From Candidatus Latescibacterota bacterium (GTDB lineage Bacteria > Latescibacterota > UBA2968), in NCBI GenBank assembly GCA_965198115.1, contig OZ240241.1:7488001-7552000 (forward strand): 64,000 bases of DNA, in the 5' to 3' direction. The stretch's first letter is position 1, and every line of letters begins with the position of its first letter. The notes under the pieces are model-generated. The model was not told the DNA's origin. It made no database searches and saw only the letters and a list, made by a program, of their open reading frames with translations. Made by a program: the position numbers and the translations under genes. This document shows, one piece after another, positions 1 to 10,830 of this stretch.

Positions 1-801
1 AGGATGTTCGAGCCCGCGATCCCGGAGATCCCGTAGCACCGTGAGCCAGGATTCTGTAGACTCTCGATAACCGGGTTCTATCGCCAGGATCTCCTTGCTG
101 CCGTCGCTCATCGCGCCGATCACGACCAGCAGACACGCCTTCTCGCGCTCGAGCCCGGCTTTGACGTAGATGCCATCAGCCCAGGCGTAGACCAGTTCGC
201 GATTATCCAGACGCCTTTCTTTCCAGTCCTGGAAGTCGACCTCCCACTTCCCTCGAAGACGAGCGATCGAGGTCGGCGAAAGCGGCGCGCCATCACCGAG
301 CAGCGCACGCAAAGACAACTCGAAGTCGCCCTGGGAGAGACCGTGGAGATAAAGGTCGGGAAGCAGATCTCCAATGGCCCTGGTTCTCCGGGCGAACAGG
401 GGGAGGATGCGGCTTTCAAACCGCTCTTCCAGACCACGAACCCGGGGACGCCGGACCTTGATCGTTCCGCAGCTCGTCGAGAGACGCCGGGGCTTGCCGT
501 AGCCGTTCCTGTAGCCCCTGGAGCTATCGACCTCGGCTCGGCGCTCATACCACGACCGGCCCAAGAACGCGGTCGCCTCCTCCTCCAGAATGGACTGGAA
601 CCGGCCCTGGATCTCTTCACGGATCCAATCGTCAACCGTCTCCCACGTCGGCATGGACTTCAATGGGACTCTATGCGTATGTTCCTTCACGGCGATCCTC
701 CTTCCCAACCGGGCCTCTCACCCGGTTTTGTGTGAATCAACTATCTCACGGGAAGGGTAGGGTCGCCCTTTCTCTTTTTCCACACCTTTTGATTATAGCT
801 C
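1..801 (-). mobile_element. IS256-family element, partial (runs off window start); transposase N-terminal part <1..708
   Basis: Near-identical to the complete copy at 22460-23833; ends in the same terminus ...CCACACCTTTTGATTATAGCTC at 801. Confidence 0.93.
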
Positions 802-996
802 CGGATGCCCTGGTTCTGAAGCTCGGTCTGCGTGCCGTCGACCTGCCCGCCAACGAACGCCCCGATACCGAGTGGGACTGTCGGGGTACTTTTGCGGCAC
901 CGGAATGGGCAGGGAGAGAGGGGAGCCGTCTGGCAGGATGGGACTAGCCTTCCCTTGTCTTGAATCGAAACCTTTGCGGCTCAAGATGATCTTCAT
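802..996 (-). pseudogene. Nucleotide modification-associated domain 3 (Nmad3)-like protein, N-terminal fragment cut by IS256
   Basis: MKIILSRKGFDS..G.ASPILPDG..LSLPIP matches the characteristic Nmad3 N-terminus; the ORF runs into the IS256 end at 801. Confidence 0.7.
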
Positions 997-1177
997 CGCT
1001 CGCGAAGGCCCTCCATCATGGCCAACCCCCCAAAAGCTCCCAAAAAGTCCACAGTAGCCCGCCCTCGCTCAACACCGCCGTGATCTCGTCCGTCATCTGT
1101 CCTTCGGTCACAATCTCATCCCTTTTTCATCAAAACGTGCAGCTCTCTCCCCCAGTATTCAAAAAAAGGGAAATGCG

Positions 1178-1739
1178 ATGAGTTCGGTAGTTTGGGACAG
1201 AGACAACCTGGTCCAAAAAGTCGGAGGCAACGTCGAAGAACTGGGGCAACTGGGGCATGTGAAGTACGACCAGCACTCGAACGAGTACGTCCTTTGGCTT
1301 AAGGACACACGCGACGTGTTCCAACAAAGGATACATACGAGGCGACTCCTTCCCGTCGATGAAGGATGCCAAGCAGCACGCCACTCTCTCCAAGTCCGCT
1401 TGGCTTTTGCACTACATTGTGATGGTCGGCCTGCGCGACGACGGAAATAAAACCGGCGAATGGGCGCAACTGGAGCCAGGTACGCCGTTCCATCTATTCG
1501 AGCCCCTTCGACGACGCAGGAACGGGCGCCTACTACCGGCTGGCCTGCGGAATCGTCACGGCACGAGACGGCTTTGTCATCGACCTCGATCCGAGTGCCT
1601 GCTGGATCGCATTGAAACGTTTCTTGATAACCGACTGAGCGACACCAGAGGTCAAGAAGCGTCTCGGTCTGAAAGAGAACTAACGCCTAGCGAGTTGCTG
1701 CGGCTCGGCGCGAACTCCGCGCGGCCACGAAGCGGTTAG
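1178..1739 (+). pseudogene. Hypothetical protein split across frames (1178..1450 and 1359..1739)
   Basis: Protein-like sequence starts at an ATG after a purine-rich tract and appears to continue in the overlapping frame; no family recognised. Confidence 0.3.
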
Positions 1740-1977
1740 CGGATTTTCGTCACCAAGATTCTCTATCGGCCCTTCCCCTTTCCCCTCGTGCCGTAATTCC
1801 GGGGTGCCGGCATCAGCGGAGGTCATCCCTGCCCGACGCTTCCGATCTCATTTTCAATCATTAAATCCCTCGTTCCGAACCGGAATACATTCGACCGTAG
1901 AAGACGTGTGCGGAACTCGGGGACCCCAAAAGCACCATCCGCTTGCTGCAGCGCAGACTCCCAGGAACGTAGCCGGC

Positions 1978-3645
1978 TCACGGCGAGAAATGGTAAACCA
2001 CGGGCAACTGCGCAGGGTCTGTGATGGCCGAATCCGTGTGGTGGTAGATGTTGACGCGCCCGGTGCCGCAGTCACCGAAATCGTCGCAGGAGAGTACACC
2101 GATGATGCCCTGAAAGCCGGACGTCGCCGCGATTTCCTCGCGTAGCGCAGCACGGTCCACATACAACTTGCCGCCCTCCTCCACCGCAACGGAGTTGATG
2201 GCGCTGAGCAGCAGCGATGTCGCGTCGTACCCGTGCGCCCAGTAAGGAGAGCCAGGAGACTCGCCGTACGTGGATTCGAACGCGGCAAGAATCTCGTCCG
2301 CGTTCTTGCCGGTCGCAACATTGGTGCTTAAGTCACCGGACGCATCCGGCCCTGCAAAGTAGATGCCCTCCGACTGCGGTGTGCCGAGGAACTCCGACAC
2401 AAGGAGGGCCGCGTCCGTGATGAGCGTCGCGCCTTCTAGGCCGTTCACCTCCCTCACCTGCTCGGCAAATGGCGAGCCTTCCGATTCGAAGAGCGGGAAG
2501 AAGATGCCGTCTGGCTCGACTGCTGCGAATGCCGCGAGGACGTCCGTCATGTCTATGTCGCCCTTCTCAATCTGGGCGGTGCCCACGATCTCGCCGCCGA
2601 GAGCGCGGAACGCATTACCAAACGCGATGGTGAGGCCCGTGGTGTACGGGTCGCCGTCGTCGATGGACACCATGCGTTGCAGGCCCAATTCACTGTATGC
2701 GAAGTCCGCGACCGCTTGCCCCTGATAGAGGTCGTTGCTGGCAGTGCGGAAATAGCCGGGGTGGTAGTCGGGACTCGCGTTGCCGGCGAGGTCAGACGTG
2801 AGCGCAGGCGATGTGTTGGACGGCGAGATCATCACCAGACCCGCCGCGCTGAGCAGCGGTGAGGCCGCCACCGCCGAGCCAGAACACAATGTGCCGACAA
2901 CGCCCGGTACCCGCGGGTCCGCGATGACTTTCGCGGCGCTTGTGCGTCCGCCCTCCGGCGAACACATGGCGTCTATTGACTCGCCGAGTTCGATCTCGTG
3001 ACCGTGGATGCTGCCGAAGTCTCGGATAGCTAACTCGATGCTGTATCGCAACGATGTAGCAATCGACGGCACACCGGTGTGTGCGAGCAACGAACGGATC
3101 TGCACGGCCTCGCCCTCGCCAACCTCGACTGCGCCGAGCGGCCCAGCCTCAAAGCTGCCGACCGGAATCGCTTCCGGCGCCCCGAACAGAAGCGATGAAC
3201 CCGTCACGCGCGCCTTCCCTCCAACGGCCAGATCGAGCAGCACCTCATACCCGCCGTTGATCGGGATGCTCGACCACCTCCCCAGCAGGTTTCCGTCCTG
3301 CCACGCACGTGCCTGGTAGTAACCGGTCGCATTTTCACCAAGCGCCACCCGCGCCCGGCCCGCCTCATCCGTCGTGTCCGACCACGCATACTGGGCCGAC
3401 CGCCCGGAGATAGATCGCGAGAACTCCACAGCCGCACCGGGCACAGGCATCCCATCTTCGCGCACCGTCACCACCACCACGGCCTGCGTCACGCCCCTGT
3501 CGACAGCCGCCTTGCTCAAGGACCGCCTAACCTGCTCGCCAGCCCCCTGACCCCCCTCTGACACCGTCACACGCTCGCTGCCACAACTCCATAACACCCC
3601 GCCGGCAAGCACCACCACAATCACACGACGAAAACTTCTCGACAT
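1978..3645 (-). CDS. Branched-chain amino acid ABC transporter substrate-binding lipoprotein (LivJ/LivK-like) with an extra N-terminal Ig/carboxypeptidase-regulatory-like domain
   Basis: GTLCSGSAVAA, MISPSNTSPALT, YFRTASNDLYQG and AHGYDAT motifs; lipobox-like LWSC; AAGGAGG RBS before ATG 3645. Confidence 0.85.
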   Translation of the reverse strand: MSRSFRRVIVVVLAGGVLWSCGSERVTVSEGGQGAGEQVRRSLSKAAVDRGVTQAVVVVTVREDGMPVPGAAVEFSRSISGRSAQYAWSDTTDEAGRARVALGENATGYYQARAWQDGNLLGRWSSIPINGGYEVLLDLAVGGKARVTGSSLLFGAPEAIPVGSFEAGPLGAVEVGEGEAVQIRSLLAHTGVPSIATSLRYSIELAIRDFGSIHGHEIELGESIDAMCSPEGGRTSAAKVIADPRVPGVVGTLCSGSAVAASPLLSAAGLVMISPSNTSPALTSDLAGNASPDYHPGYFRTASNDLYQGQAVADFAYSELGLQRMVSIDDGDPYTTGLTIAFGNAFRALGGEIVGTAQIEKGDIDMTDVLAAFAAVEPDGIFFPLFESEGSPFAEQVREVNGLEGATLITDAALLVSEFLGTPQSEGIYFAGPDASGDLSTNVATGKNADEILAAFESTYGESPGSPYWAHGYDATSLLLSAINSVAVEEGGKLYVDRAALREEIAATSGFQGIIGVLSCDDFGDCGTGRVNIYHHTDSAITDPAQLPVVYHFSP

Positions 3646-4059
3646 AACGACCTCCTTACGTTTCCCGAGGACCTGCGGCTCGGTGGCCCCCAAGGGGAGC
3701 CTTTGACGACCTGACAGAGCGTGCACCTGTAGCGCCGAACCAGCTACCTCCACCCGTCAGTCACCTGGATCGACAGCCTCGGATCGCCCAAGCCTCGGCA
3801 TCAAGGGTAGGTCCACAGGCTCAACCCGCCTTGGCAATTTTATGGCCCGCCACAGAAACGGACAAGCCATATGTCGCTTGACCGTTCTGCAAGACCGAGA
3901 CGCCCGCTAACAGCCTGGTTCTGTGCAGCCCTACCTGTCCCGGCCGATCACCAGCTCACCACGCTTGAGCTTCAATCCGCCGGCGTCGTCCTTCCACCTC
4001 GCATGCGTCACGAGGTAGTTGACAACAGGGCACAAAAAAAGAGAGGAGGGCCAAAAAAA

Positions 4060-5479
4060 GGCTATATCCGGATCTCTCAACGAGATGAAGTGGGTGAAGG
4101 TGCCGTGGTTCCTGGCATGGGGGCGCGGTTAGCGTGTGCGGAACCTCTTCGGAATCTGCTCAGGGATGTTTATGTCTCCGACGGTAAGGAAGATCATATC
4201 GTTGAATGCGTCGAGTGTGCGGAATCCGCTGGCTCGGTTCTTGACGATTTGGACGATTCGGTTGAGGCCTTCGGCGATGGCGTTGGTAAGACGCGTGTTC
4301 ACGAATGCGAGGACGCCGAAGAAGTGCTGTCGCAGGGTCCTGACGAACTTTCGCAGGGGTTCAAGTCGACTTCTGAGTGCGGACGTCGTCCAGCATTTCA
4401 GGAAGCGTTCGGCAGCCCAGGGCGCTTTGTATTCCCAGAACTGCTCGAACTCGTCCTTGAGTCTCCAGGCTCTATAGATTCGGTAGTTCGCCTTCTCCAG
4501 TGCTTCGAGTGTCCGAGTATCCCCTCCGGAGCGTGTCGCTGAGTGCCGGTAGAGGAGCCATCGGAGGCCCTTCATGGCTTTGCGCTCATCCGGGGCAGCT
4601 TTACGCCACTGGTCCTTACGGACCTCGTCAACGGCGGCATTGAGAGCCTTGACGATGTGAAAGCGATCGAGGACTAGCTTGGCATTCGGACAGTGTTCCT
4701 GGATGGCTCCGATGTAAGCTTCGCTCATGTCGCAGCAGGCCCACCCGATCTTGGATCTCCGGTAGGGACTGAGAGCCTCTGTGAAGAACCGATCGATCGT
4801 TTTACGCGCCCTGCCGCGGCCAACCCACACCACGCAGGAGCGGTCCAGATCGTAAACGAGCGTGGCGTACCTGTGACGCTTGGCGTAGGAGATCTCGTCG
4901 ATCCCGATGGTTTTGAGCCCTCGGATACGATGACCTTCACGAAGCCGCGTGATGGATCGGTGACGGAGATCCGACAGCGTCGAGGCAGAGATGCGCAGTA
5001 ACTCGGACGCCGCCTTCTGCGTCATGGTCTGGCAGTAGCGCAGCATGGCATACTCGAAGCGATACGTCACCCGAGAGAACCGCTCCGCCCACGGAATCTC
5101 CTCGACCACACGACCGTGGGTAGGACACCGAATCTCCCGAGGATGGTAGAGAAGCCAGACCCTCCACCCGCACACCGGAATGTCACGCCACCGACGCGGA
5201 TGGGGCATTGTGCGGACGATTTTACCTCGACGGCCGCACTCCGGACAACAACAACCATTCTTATGTGGCTTTACGGCGATGACGAAACAGCTTCTCCCCT
5301 CAAACCACCAGCTGACAACACGGAACCCCTTGAATCTCAGCAGTTTCGATAGTAATCTGCTCCCGGTCATAGGTCGCACCCCCTTCGCTTTGATTGTCCT
5401 ACACACACAACCAAGCGTAGGGAACGATCTATGACCTTGTCATTCTATAGTTTCACCGTTGAGAAACCCGGATAGAGCC
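4060..5479 (-). mobile_element. ISL3-family insertion sequence, complete
   Basis: Terminal IRs GGCTATATCCGGATCTCTCAACG / GGCTCTATCCGGGTTTCTCAACG; 8-bp TSD CAAAAAAA at 4052-4059 and 5480-5487. Confidence 0.95.
4129..5406 (-). CDS. ISL3-family transposase
   Basis: CPECG zinc finger, IGIDEISY, CCDMSEAY, LDRFHIVK and TNAIAEGLN..K..ASGFR motifs. Confidence 0.95.
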   Translation of the reverse strand: MCRTIKAKGVRPMTGSRLLSKLLRFKGFRVVSWWFEGRSCFVIAVKPHKNGCCCPECGRRGKIVRTMPHPRRWRDIPVCGWRVWLLYHPREIRCPTHGRVVEEIPWAERFSRVTYRFEYAMLRYCQTMTQKAASELLRISASTLSDLRHRSITRLREGHRIRGLKTIGIDEISYAKRHRYATLVYDLDRSCVVWVGRGRARKTIDRFFTEALSPYRRSKIGWACCDMSEAYIGAIQEHCPNAKLVLDRFHIVKALNAAVDEVRKDQWRKAAPDERKAMKGLRWLLYRHSATRSGGDTRTLEALEKANYRIYRAWRLKDEFEQFWEYKAPWAAERFLKCWTTSALRSRLEPLRKFVRTLRQHFFGVLAFVNTRLTNAIAEGLNRIVQIVKNRASGFRTLDAFNDMIFLTVGDINIPEQIPKRFRTR

Positions 5480-5480
5480 C

Positions 5481-5521
5481 AAAAAAAGGCGGAGGGGGAC
5501 CCGGAGAAGACACCCTCCACC
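5481..5521 (-). terminator. Putative rho-independent terminator; ISL3 inserted at its T-tract
   Basis: Minus strand GGTGGAGGG...CCCTCCGCC stem followed by TTTTTTT. Confidence 0.5.
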
Positions 5522-6128
5522 TAAATACGAACGATGTCAGAAATCCGCGCGTTGGCTGTCAGGCGTGCTGACCTGATTTGTGCTTGGTAGCACGTTTCGG
5601 AATGTCCTTCAACGGCTCCGGGAGGTTCGCTCCCCGAACAATGAAGGGGGCAGTCCTGGTCGGCTATAGTTCGCCTGATCGGAAACGTGGGACACTAGGG
5701 GGTGTCCCACCTAATCGACATGAAATGAAATCTGCAGATCGACCTTCTCGAGCGCCAGATCAACGCGATGTGGAGCACCGGGGAGAGCAGCGTCAAGGCT
5801 CGGCTGCGGCCGTGAACCGGAAGTCCCCCGAGGATCGTCTCCCGATTCCAGCCCTCCTGGTCCATGTCGGACGCCCAAAGACGCTTCGATGAGACGGATG
5901 TACGACTCGACCTGCCCCCGGAGCCTCGCCGGTTACCGTGACATCGCTGCCGGAAACACTCGAACGGTCCGACGTACGGCAAGCGGCGGGCTCAGACGTT
6001 GCGTGCTACTCCACATACACACGAAGCCGGGGCTATGTGCGTCACCTGGCCTGGTGAACAAGTGTTCGAAGGGGACGCGACAGAGAGCTCCGTTGCCGTA
6101 GGTCACATCCTGCCAGATTCCCTCCAGG

Positions 6129-7915
6129 TCAAAAAGAGTCGATGCGCCAGGTATCGGTCCCCGGAATCCGGCTGGCACTGAAGTTGTTGATCGTGATTCC
6201 CGTCCCCGCCGTGATAAAACCAAGCCGACCTTGGCCGGTGGACAGAACCTCGAAACGATCGGAGCCGACGGTGCACGACTCCCCCGGGCTCAGCACCTGT
6301 CCCACCTCGCACGCACCGGCGGACGTAGTTGCGGCAGCTACCGTGATCCCGAAGCGGATAATGAATCTGTCGCCGTCAGCATCGGTTACTGTGTAGGCGT
6401 ATTCGGCGCGCGGTTGAGGAGCCGTTGGCGTACCGCTGATCGTGCGAGTGGTCGGGCTAAATGTCAGCCCGCCCGGGAGCGCCGGCGTGACGCTGTAGGT
6501 CAGCGGCGGGTTTCCCCCGGACGCGGCCGGAAGGGTTACGTTCACTGCCTCGCCGACGGTGAACTGTTCGCCGGGGTTGGTCGTCAGCGAATGGCCCGCC
6601 GTGAAAGAGGGCGAGACATCGTCAGGTCCTACGACACCGTTGGACCCGAAGGCTCCTGCGAACATAATGAAATCAGTGAAGCCGATATCACCGCTTCCGT
6701 CGAGGTCGAAGCGGGCTTCGAATCTCCCGTCGCCCTCCCTCGCACCGAATACGAGGGCGAATTGTAAGAAGTCCGAAAAGCCGACCGTTCCGTCTCCGTT
6801 GAAGTCAGGCGTGAGCGGAGCCGGACCTGCGCCTCCGACCGTCGTTTCGAAGATCCGCAGGCTGTAGTCACCCGCATTGGAGAACGAGGATACATTGATG
6901 AGGTACGTGTCCGCTTCGAGGACCCCTCAGAATCCGGCTGTTCAAGCCTTCGTCATCGTCAAAGGCGACAAAGGTGAAGGAGCTGGCCTGTTGCGGGTCG
7001 TCAGTTGCGTGCAGCTCGAGTATGGGATCGAAGTTCTCGGAGGCCAGATCGAATCGAGACGGTCGTGGACTGGTCGAGCGTGAAGACGTAGTAATCGACG
7101 GCGCCACTCGCTGAGAGCGATCCGGTCACCGTAACGCCCAAGGATATCGGGTTGACCACAGTGGGTATTGCCTCGACCTGAAGGGTGTAGACGCCGCCGC
7201 TCCCGGAGGCGGATAATACACTGATCAGGTAACGGCGGTCAGGTTCAGGCTAATCTGAGAATTCAGCCCCAAGCCGTGGTCGTCGTTGGACGCCAGCAAA
7301 TTCGTGGGGCCGGCTTCGTCGGGGTTGCCCGTGTCGAAGAGACCGAGGAAGGTGTCGAAATCGTCGGACGTGAGGTCGGTGATCAGGGTGGCGTCCGTTG
7401 TGACCGTCAGTGTGTAGAAGTCTACTCCCCCGCTGGAGAGGACGCCCGTCACAGTCTGCCCGGGGACGATTACCTCGGCAGGCTCCCCACCGGCCGCCCC
7501 TTCTGACACCATCAGTTCGTAGGCGCCCGACCCGCTCAAAAAGGCAGATGCACCGATCAGGTAGGTACCGGGGGCCAGGGTAAAAGTAATCTGAGAATCC
7601 AACGACAGACGGTGGTCGTCGTTGGAAGCCAGCAAGTTCGCCGGGCCGACTTCGGCGGGGTTGTCCGTATCGTAGAGATCGAGGAGGGTGTCAAACTCAC
7701 CCGAGGTGAGGTCGATGACCAGTGTGGCGTCGGTGGCTACCGTCAGTGCGTAGAAATCTACTCCCCCGCTGGAAAGGATGCCCGTCGCAGTCTGCCCGGG
7801 AACGATCGAACCCACCACCTCTCCAATGGCAGCGGTCAAGACGGCCGTTTCACTCACCTGAAGGGTGAAAGGTCCCGAGCCAAAGAAGGCCGATACGGCG
7901 ATCAGATAGGTCTCT
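6129..7915 (-). pseudogene. Secreted modular protein remnant: PPC (pre-peptidase C-terminal) repeats, dockerin-like EF-hand pair and He_PIG Ig domain; frameshifted and N-terminally truncated
   Basis: Repeated VDFY.LTV..DATL.IDLTS.DFDT.L.L.D...ASNDD units; PDFNGDGTVGFSDFLQFA...FDLDGSGDIGFTDFIMFAGAFG; LPAASGGNPPLTYSVTPALPGGLTFSP..RTISGTPT. Confidence 0.75.
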
Positions 7916-8138
7916 CGACGCGAGTGTGCCGCAAATGGCCCGCCGGGCAGCCCACGCATATTTTGACGTGACTTCGGGGTCTGCGTCGATTTCTCTTGGT
8001 TCGGCCCCCGTGATCCTCCTGAGCACGCGGCCACTGAAACGGCTCGACCGTACGACCCTGTGCTTTCCCTTTGGCGAGCACGCCAGGCGAGCGAGCTGTC
8101 CGTCGGGCTTCGTCCTTCTCCAAGGGAGTGTTTATGTT

Positions 8139-8825
8139 ATGAATTCGGTAGAAATTCTCGGCTTGTTTGCGTGGCTCGAAGAGAACGACCAGTCGTTGGA
8201 TCTCGGTCTTATTCGAGACGTTCTTCAGCAAAATCAAGAACCTGTTGACTCCAGTCATCAAAAAGCAATCAGAGATTACACGGCCAGGAGTGTGGGGATA
8301 CGAACTACTCTCGACCCGGATGATGACAGGAACACCTTGAATCTGATCTGGGGGACGAAGCTCGTCGACGACGAAGATCTCGATGATTACTTCACTCGCC
8401 GAACTCTGGCGGATATTCCTTGCTTTGTTCAAAGGGTCAGGAAGCTTGCGACGATCGAGAGGATCGACGTCCCGCCCAGCGAACGAATTGCGAAATACTT
8501 TAGTCAAGCGAGCGGTTGCTTTATTCACGGATTTCACGCCGCAGTCGTGGTCCTGTCGAGAGCAGTTCTGGAGTTTGGCCTTGAGGAAAGGCTGGCACAA
8601 AAGGACCTTCTGGGGAGCACGAAGCGAGACGAGGGCTATCTGAAAGACCTGATCAACTGGTCCGGTAATTGTGGGATCCTGCCGCGAAATCTTGTGGCTC
8701 CAGCACATGAAGTCAGGAAAAGAGGAAACGGTGCCATACACGGAGCTGCCTCTACAGAGAAGGAGGCAGAAGAAACCATCGGGCTGACCGTCAAGATTCT
8801 CACAGCACTATACGCTGAGGCATAG
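8139..8825 (+). CDS. DUF4145-domain protein
   Basis: A..CF..G...AAVVLSRAVLE...L.DLI.W...AHEVRKRGNGAIH pattern; AAGGGAG upstream of ATG 8139. Confidence 0.75.
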   Translation: MNSVEILGLFAWLEENDQSLDLGLIRDVLQQNQEPVDSSHQKAIRDYTARSVGIRTTLDPDDDRNTLNLIWGTKLVDDEDLDDYFTRRTLADIPCFVQRVRKLATIERIDVPPSERIAKYFSQASGCFIHGFHAAVVVLSRAVLEFGLEERLAQKDLLGSTKRDEGYLKDLINWSGNCGILPRNLVAPAHEVRKRGNGAIHGAASTEKEAEETIGLTVKILTALYAEA

Positions 8826-8913
8826 CGGCTGGACTAATGCCGAATTTGAACGCTGGACAAGTCAGACACGTTCGGCGGCGTCGGCCCGGCGGCCCCTTGC
8901 GGGCAAGCAGTCG

Positions 8914-9333
8914 TTGGCTGGCCGAATCGTGACCGGTCTCGAATACCGTCTTGGCGCACGGTGGGACGGCAAGCTAGGCATTGCCCCGGACCTTCGTCCG
9001 GACAGCGGCAAGACCGGACCCGGCCCGGTGGTCTTCGTCGGCTGGCGCGAGGTCCTGAACTTGGTGGGCAATTGGTGGGACCCGAACGACCCGACGGCGG
9101 ACGATGCCGCGCGGAAGCGGTTCGACCGGGCGGTCGAAACCCTGAAGGGGTACTTCGTTTCCCCGGCGCCGGGCCATGAGGCGGCCGCGGGCGATACGGT
9201 CGAGATTGTGGCGCGTGTCCGTGGCAGTCGAGCCCATCGGGCCGGACTCCAGGTTCGGGCGTCGGCCCGGTTCGTCGAGGCGGCCTGGCTGGCCATCAGA
9301 AAGATGGGCAAGGATTCGGCCCCGTGGCGCTGA
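8914..9333 (+). CDS. Hypothetical protein or fragment
   Basis: 139-aa ORF with GC-rich coding-like composition; no family recognised. Confidence 0.3.
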   Translation: MAGRIVTGLEYRLGARWDGKLGIAPDLRPDSGKTGPGPVVFVGWREVLNLVGNWWDPNDPTADDAARKRFDRAVETLKGYFVSPAPGHEAAAGDTVEIVARVRGSRAHRAGLQVRASARFVEAAWLAIRKMGKDSAPWR

Positions 9334-9429
9334 CCGACTACACGGGGAAGCCCAAGACGAGTTCACGCGATTAAACGTTCCCCCACCTCTCTAAGATTTT
9401 GGCCTGCCTCCCTTTCGCATCATGGCGCG

Positions 9430-9560
9430 GGTGGGACTCCCATACCCCCTCCTTGACCGCCTTCGGTGCGAACAGTGCGACACGCTTGCCTTCGTGAAGG
9501 ATGAGCTGCTCGATCAGCATCAAACCGACGAAGGTCTTGCCGAGACCCACGCCGTCGCAG
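9430..9560 (-). pseudogene. SNF2/SF2 helicase motif I-Ia fragment
   Basis: DGVGLGKTFVGLMLIEQLILHEGKRVALFAPKAVKEGVW (Walker A plus motif Ia). Confidence 0.65.
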
Positions 9561-9569
9561 AGGGAATCC

Positions 9570-10093
9570 AGGATTTCGCGGCCGGGGCGATCGAGGATAA
9601 GAAAAGACAACGGTCTGAGGATGCGCCCGCCGACGCTGCGCCTACGCCCGCCACCGAGGATGCGCCCACCACCGCAGAGGGGGAAACCGATGAAGGAACA
9701 CGCCAAGAAGGAGGACCTGGACAGCTTCGGGTTGATGGCGATCGATCACTGGAAGGAGTATCTGCCACGGAAGTTCAAGGCCCTGAAGGAGGCGGGGACA
9801 CTGATTCAGAGCGCCTACGAGGCCCAGGAGAGGACGAAGGATCTGGGGGTGCATCTGCACGAGCAGGGGATGCGGATGCACAACGGGATTCGGATGCACG
9901 AGGCCAAGGAACTGGCTCTGGCCGAGTGGATATTGCTCCCGGCCGAGGAGTAAAGGGCGAGAACTTCACGGCTCCTTCCGGCTTTGAGGCCGAGATCGAA
10001 AAGGGCGGTCAGAAAACCAAGTATCGCAAGAACGTGGCCGCCATTTCACTCCTGAAGGTGCTGGAAGCTGAAAATCGCGTAGCTACTCTTTAG
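9570..10093 (+). pseudogene. Fragment of a DarB-like / N12-class methyltransferase-helicase polyvalent protein
   Basis: Acidic linker then ENF...GGQKTKYRKNVAAISLLKVLEAENRVAT, the motif that precedes the methyltransferase in DarB-like proteins; stops abruptly. Confidence 0.6.
9690..9953 (+). CDS. Small hypothetical MGE protein (TnpV-like pattern) nested in another frame of the DarB-like fragment
   Basis: 87 aa with GAGGGGG RBS; HWKEYLPRKFKALKEAGTL...AQE...EWILLPAEE. Confidence 0.55.
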   Translation: MKEHAKKEDLDSFGLMAIDHWKEYLPRKFKALKEAGTLIQSAYEAQERTKDLGVHLHEQGMRMHNGIRMHEAKELALAEWILLPAEE

Positions 10094-10830
10094 GCGTTAG
10101 CAGGAAGGCGGGGCGATGTTTCATCGGAGCGTTACGCCATGCAGGTTGTCCGGTGCGCGTGACTGTCCGCCAGTCGCTTTGCCGCCGTATGCAGTGGGGT
10201 GAGGCCGTCTTTGGCCATCGTTCCTTCCCGCCAGTTCGGATTGCCCGAGGTCTTGGGGGGGTCCGGCAAGATCGATCCCCCTCTTGAGTAGGTTTCTCGG
10301 CACGGGCTTCTCAAGCAGATCGGGGTACTCGCCGAGCACTTTCTGTAGCCAGCCTCGAGCGCTCTCCACCATCCCCTCAACGTCAGCCGCCGTCTCATCT
10401 TTCCATGTCCCGGCTCTACGACCGGACTCCTGTCCGAGAGGCATCGTGTCCGGTGCCCCCCGACTCCACAGAGGCGCGTTGACGGCTTGCCGGCCCCCCC
10501 CCAAGCCGATCGGCGCTCCTGAGCGCCCTCAAGACCCTTCCCGGAGGGCCAGGGATGGCCACAGCACGATCACGGGCCAATAGATGCCCACGCGCGAACC
10601 GAAGACGGCAATCACCCCGCGGGCCAGCATCCAGTCTTTAGCGCTCCGGGTCAACTGATCGATCAGGCAGCACTGCTACCCCCAGAAAAGGCGGGCGAGG
10701 ATTCGGCCCCGTGGCGCTGACCGACTGCTCCGGCCCAGAGAGCGCGAGAGAACTTCACTGCTTTGAGGGTGTCGAGGATGTCCGCGTTTGACCAAAGAAT
10801 GTTGAGTCGAGCAGGTGATGACGCGCGGTA

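Larger units (their letters stand above)
9311..10726 (+). repeat. Perfect 29-bp direct repeat pair (9311-9339 and 10698-10726)
   Basis: AGGATTCGGCCCCGTGGCGCTGACCGACT occurs twice. Confidence 0.9.

Noticed and set aside
3650-3870. Riboswitch upstream of the binding-protein gene, also sought upstream of both TonB receptors
   Set aside because: GC-rich hairpins are present but I could not match conserved cores of cobalamin, TPP, glycine, SAM or c-di-GMP riboswitches.
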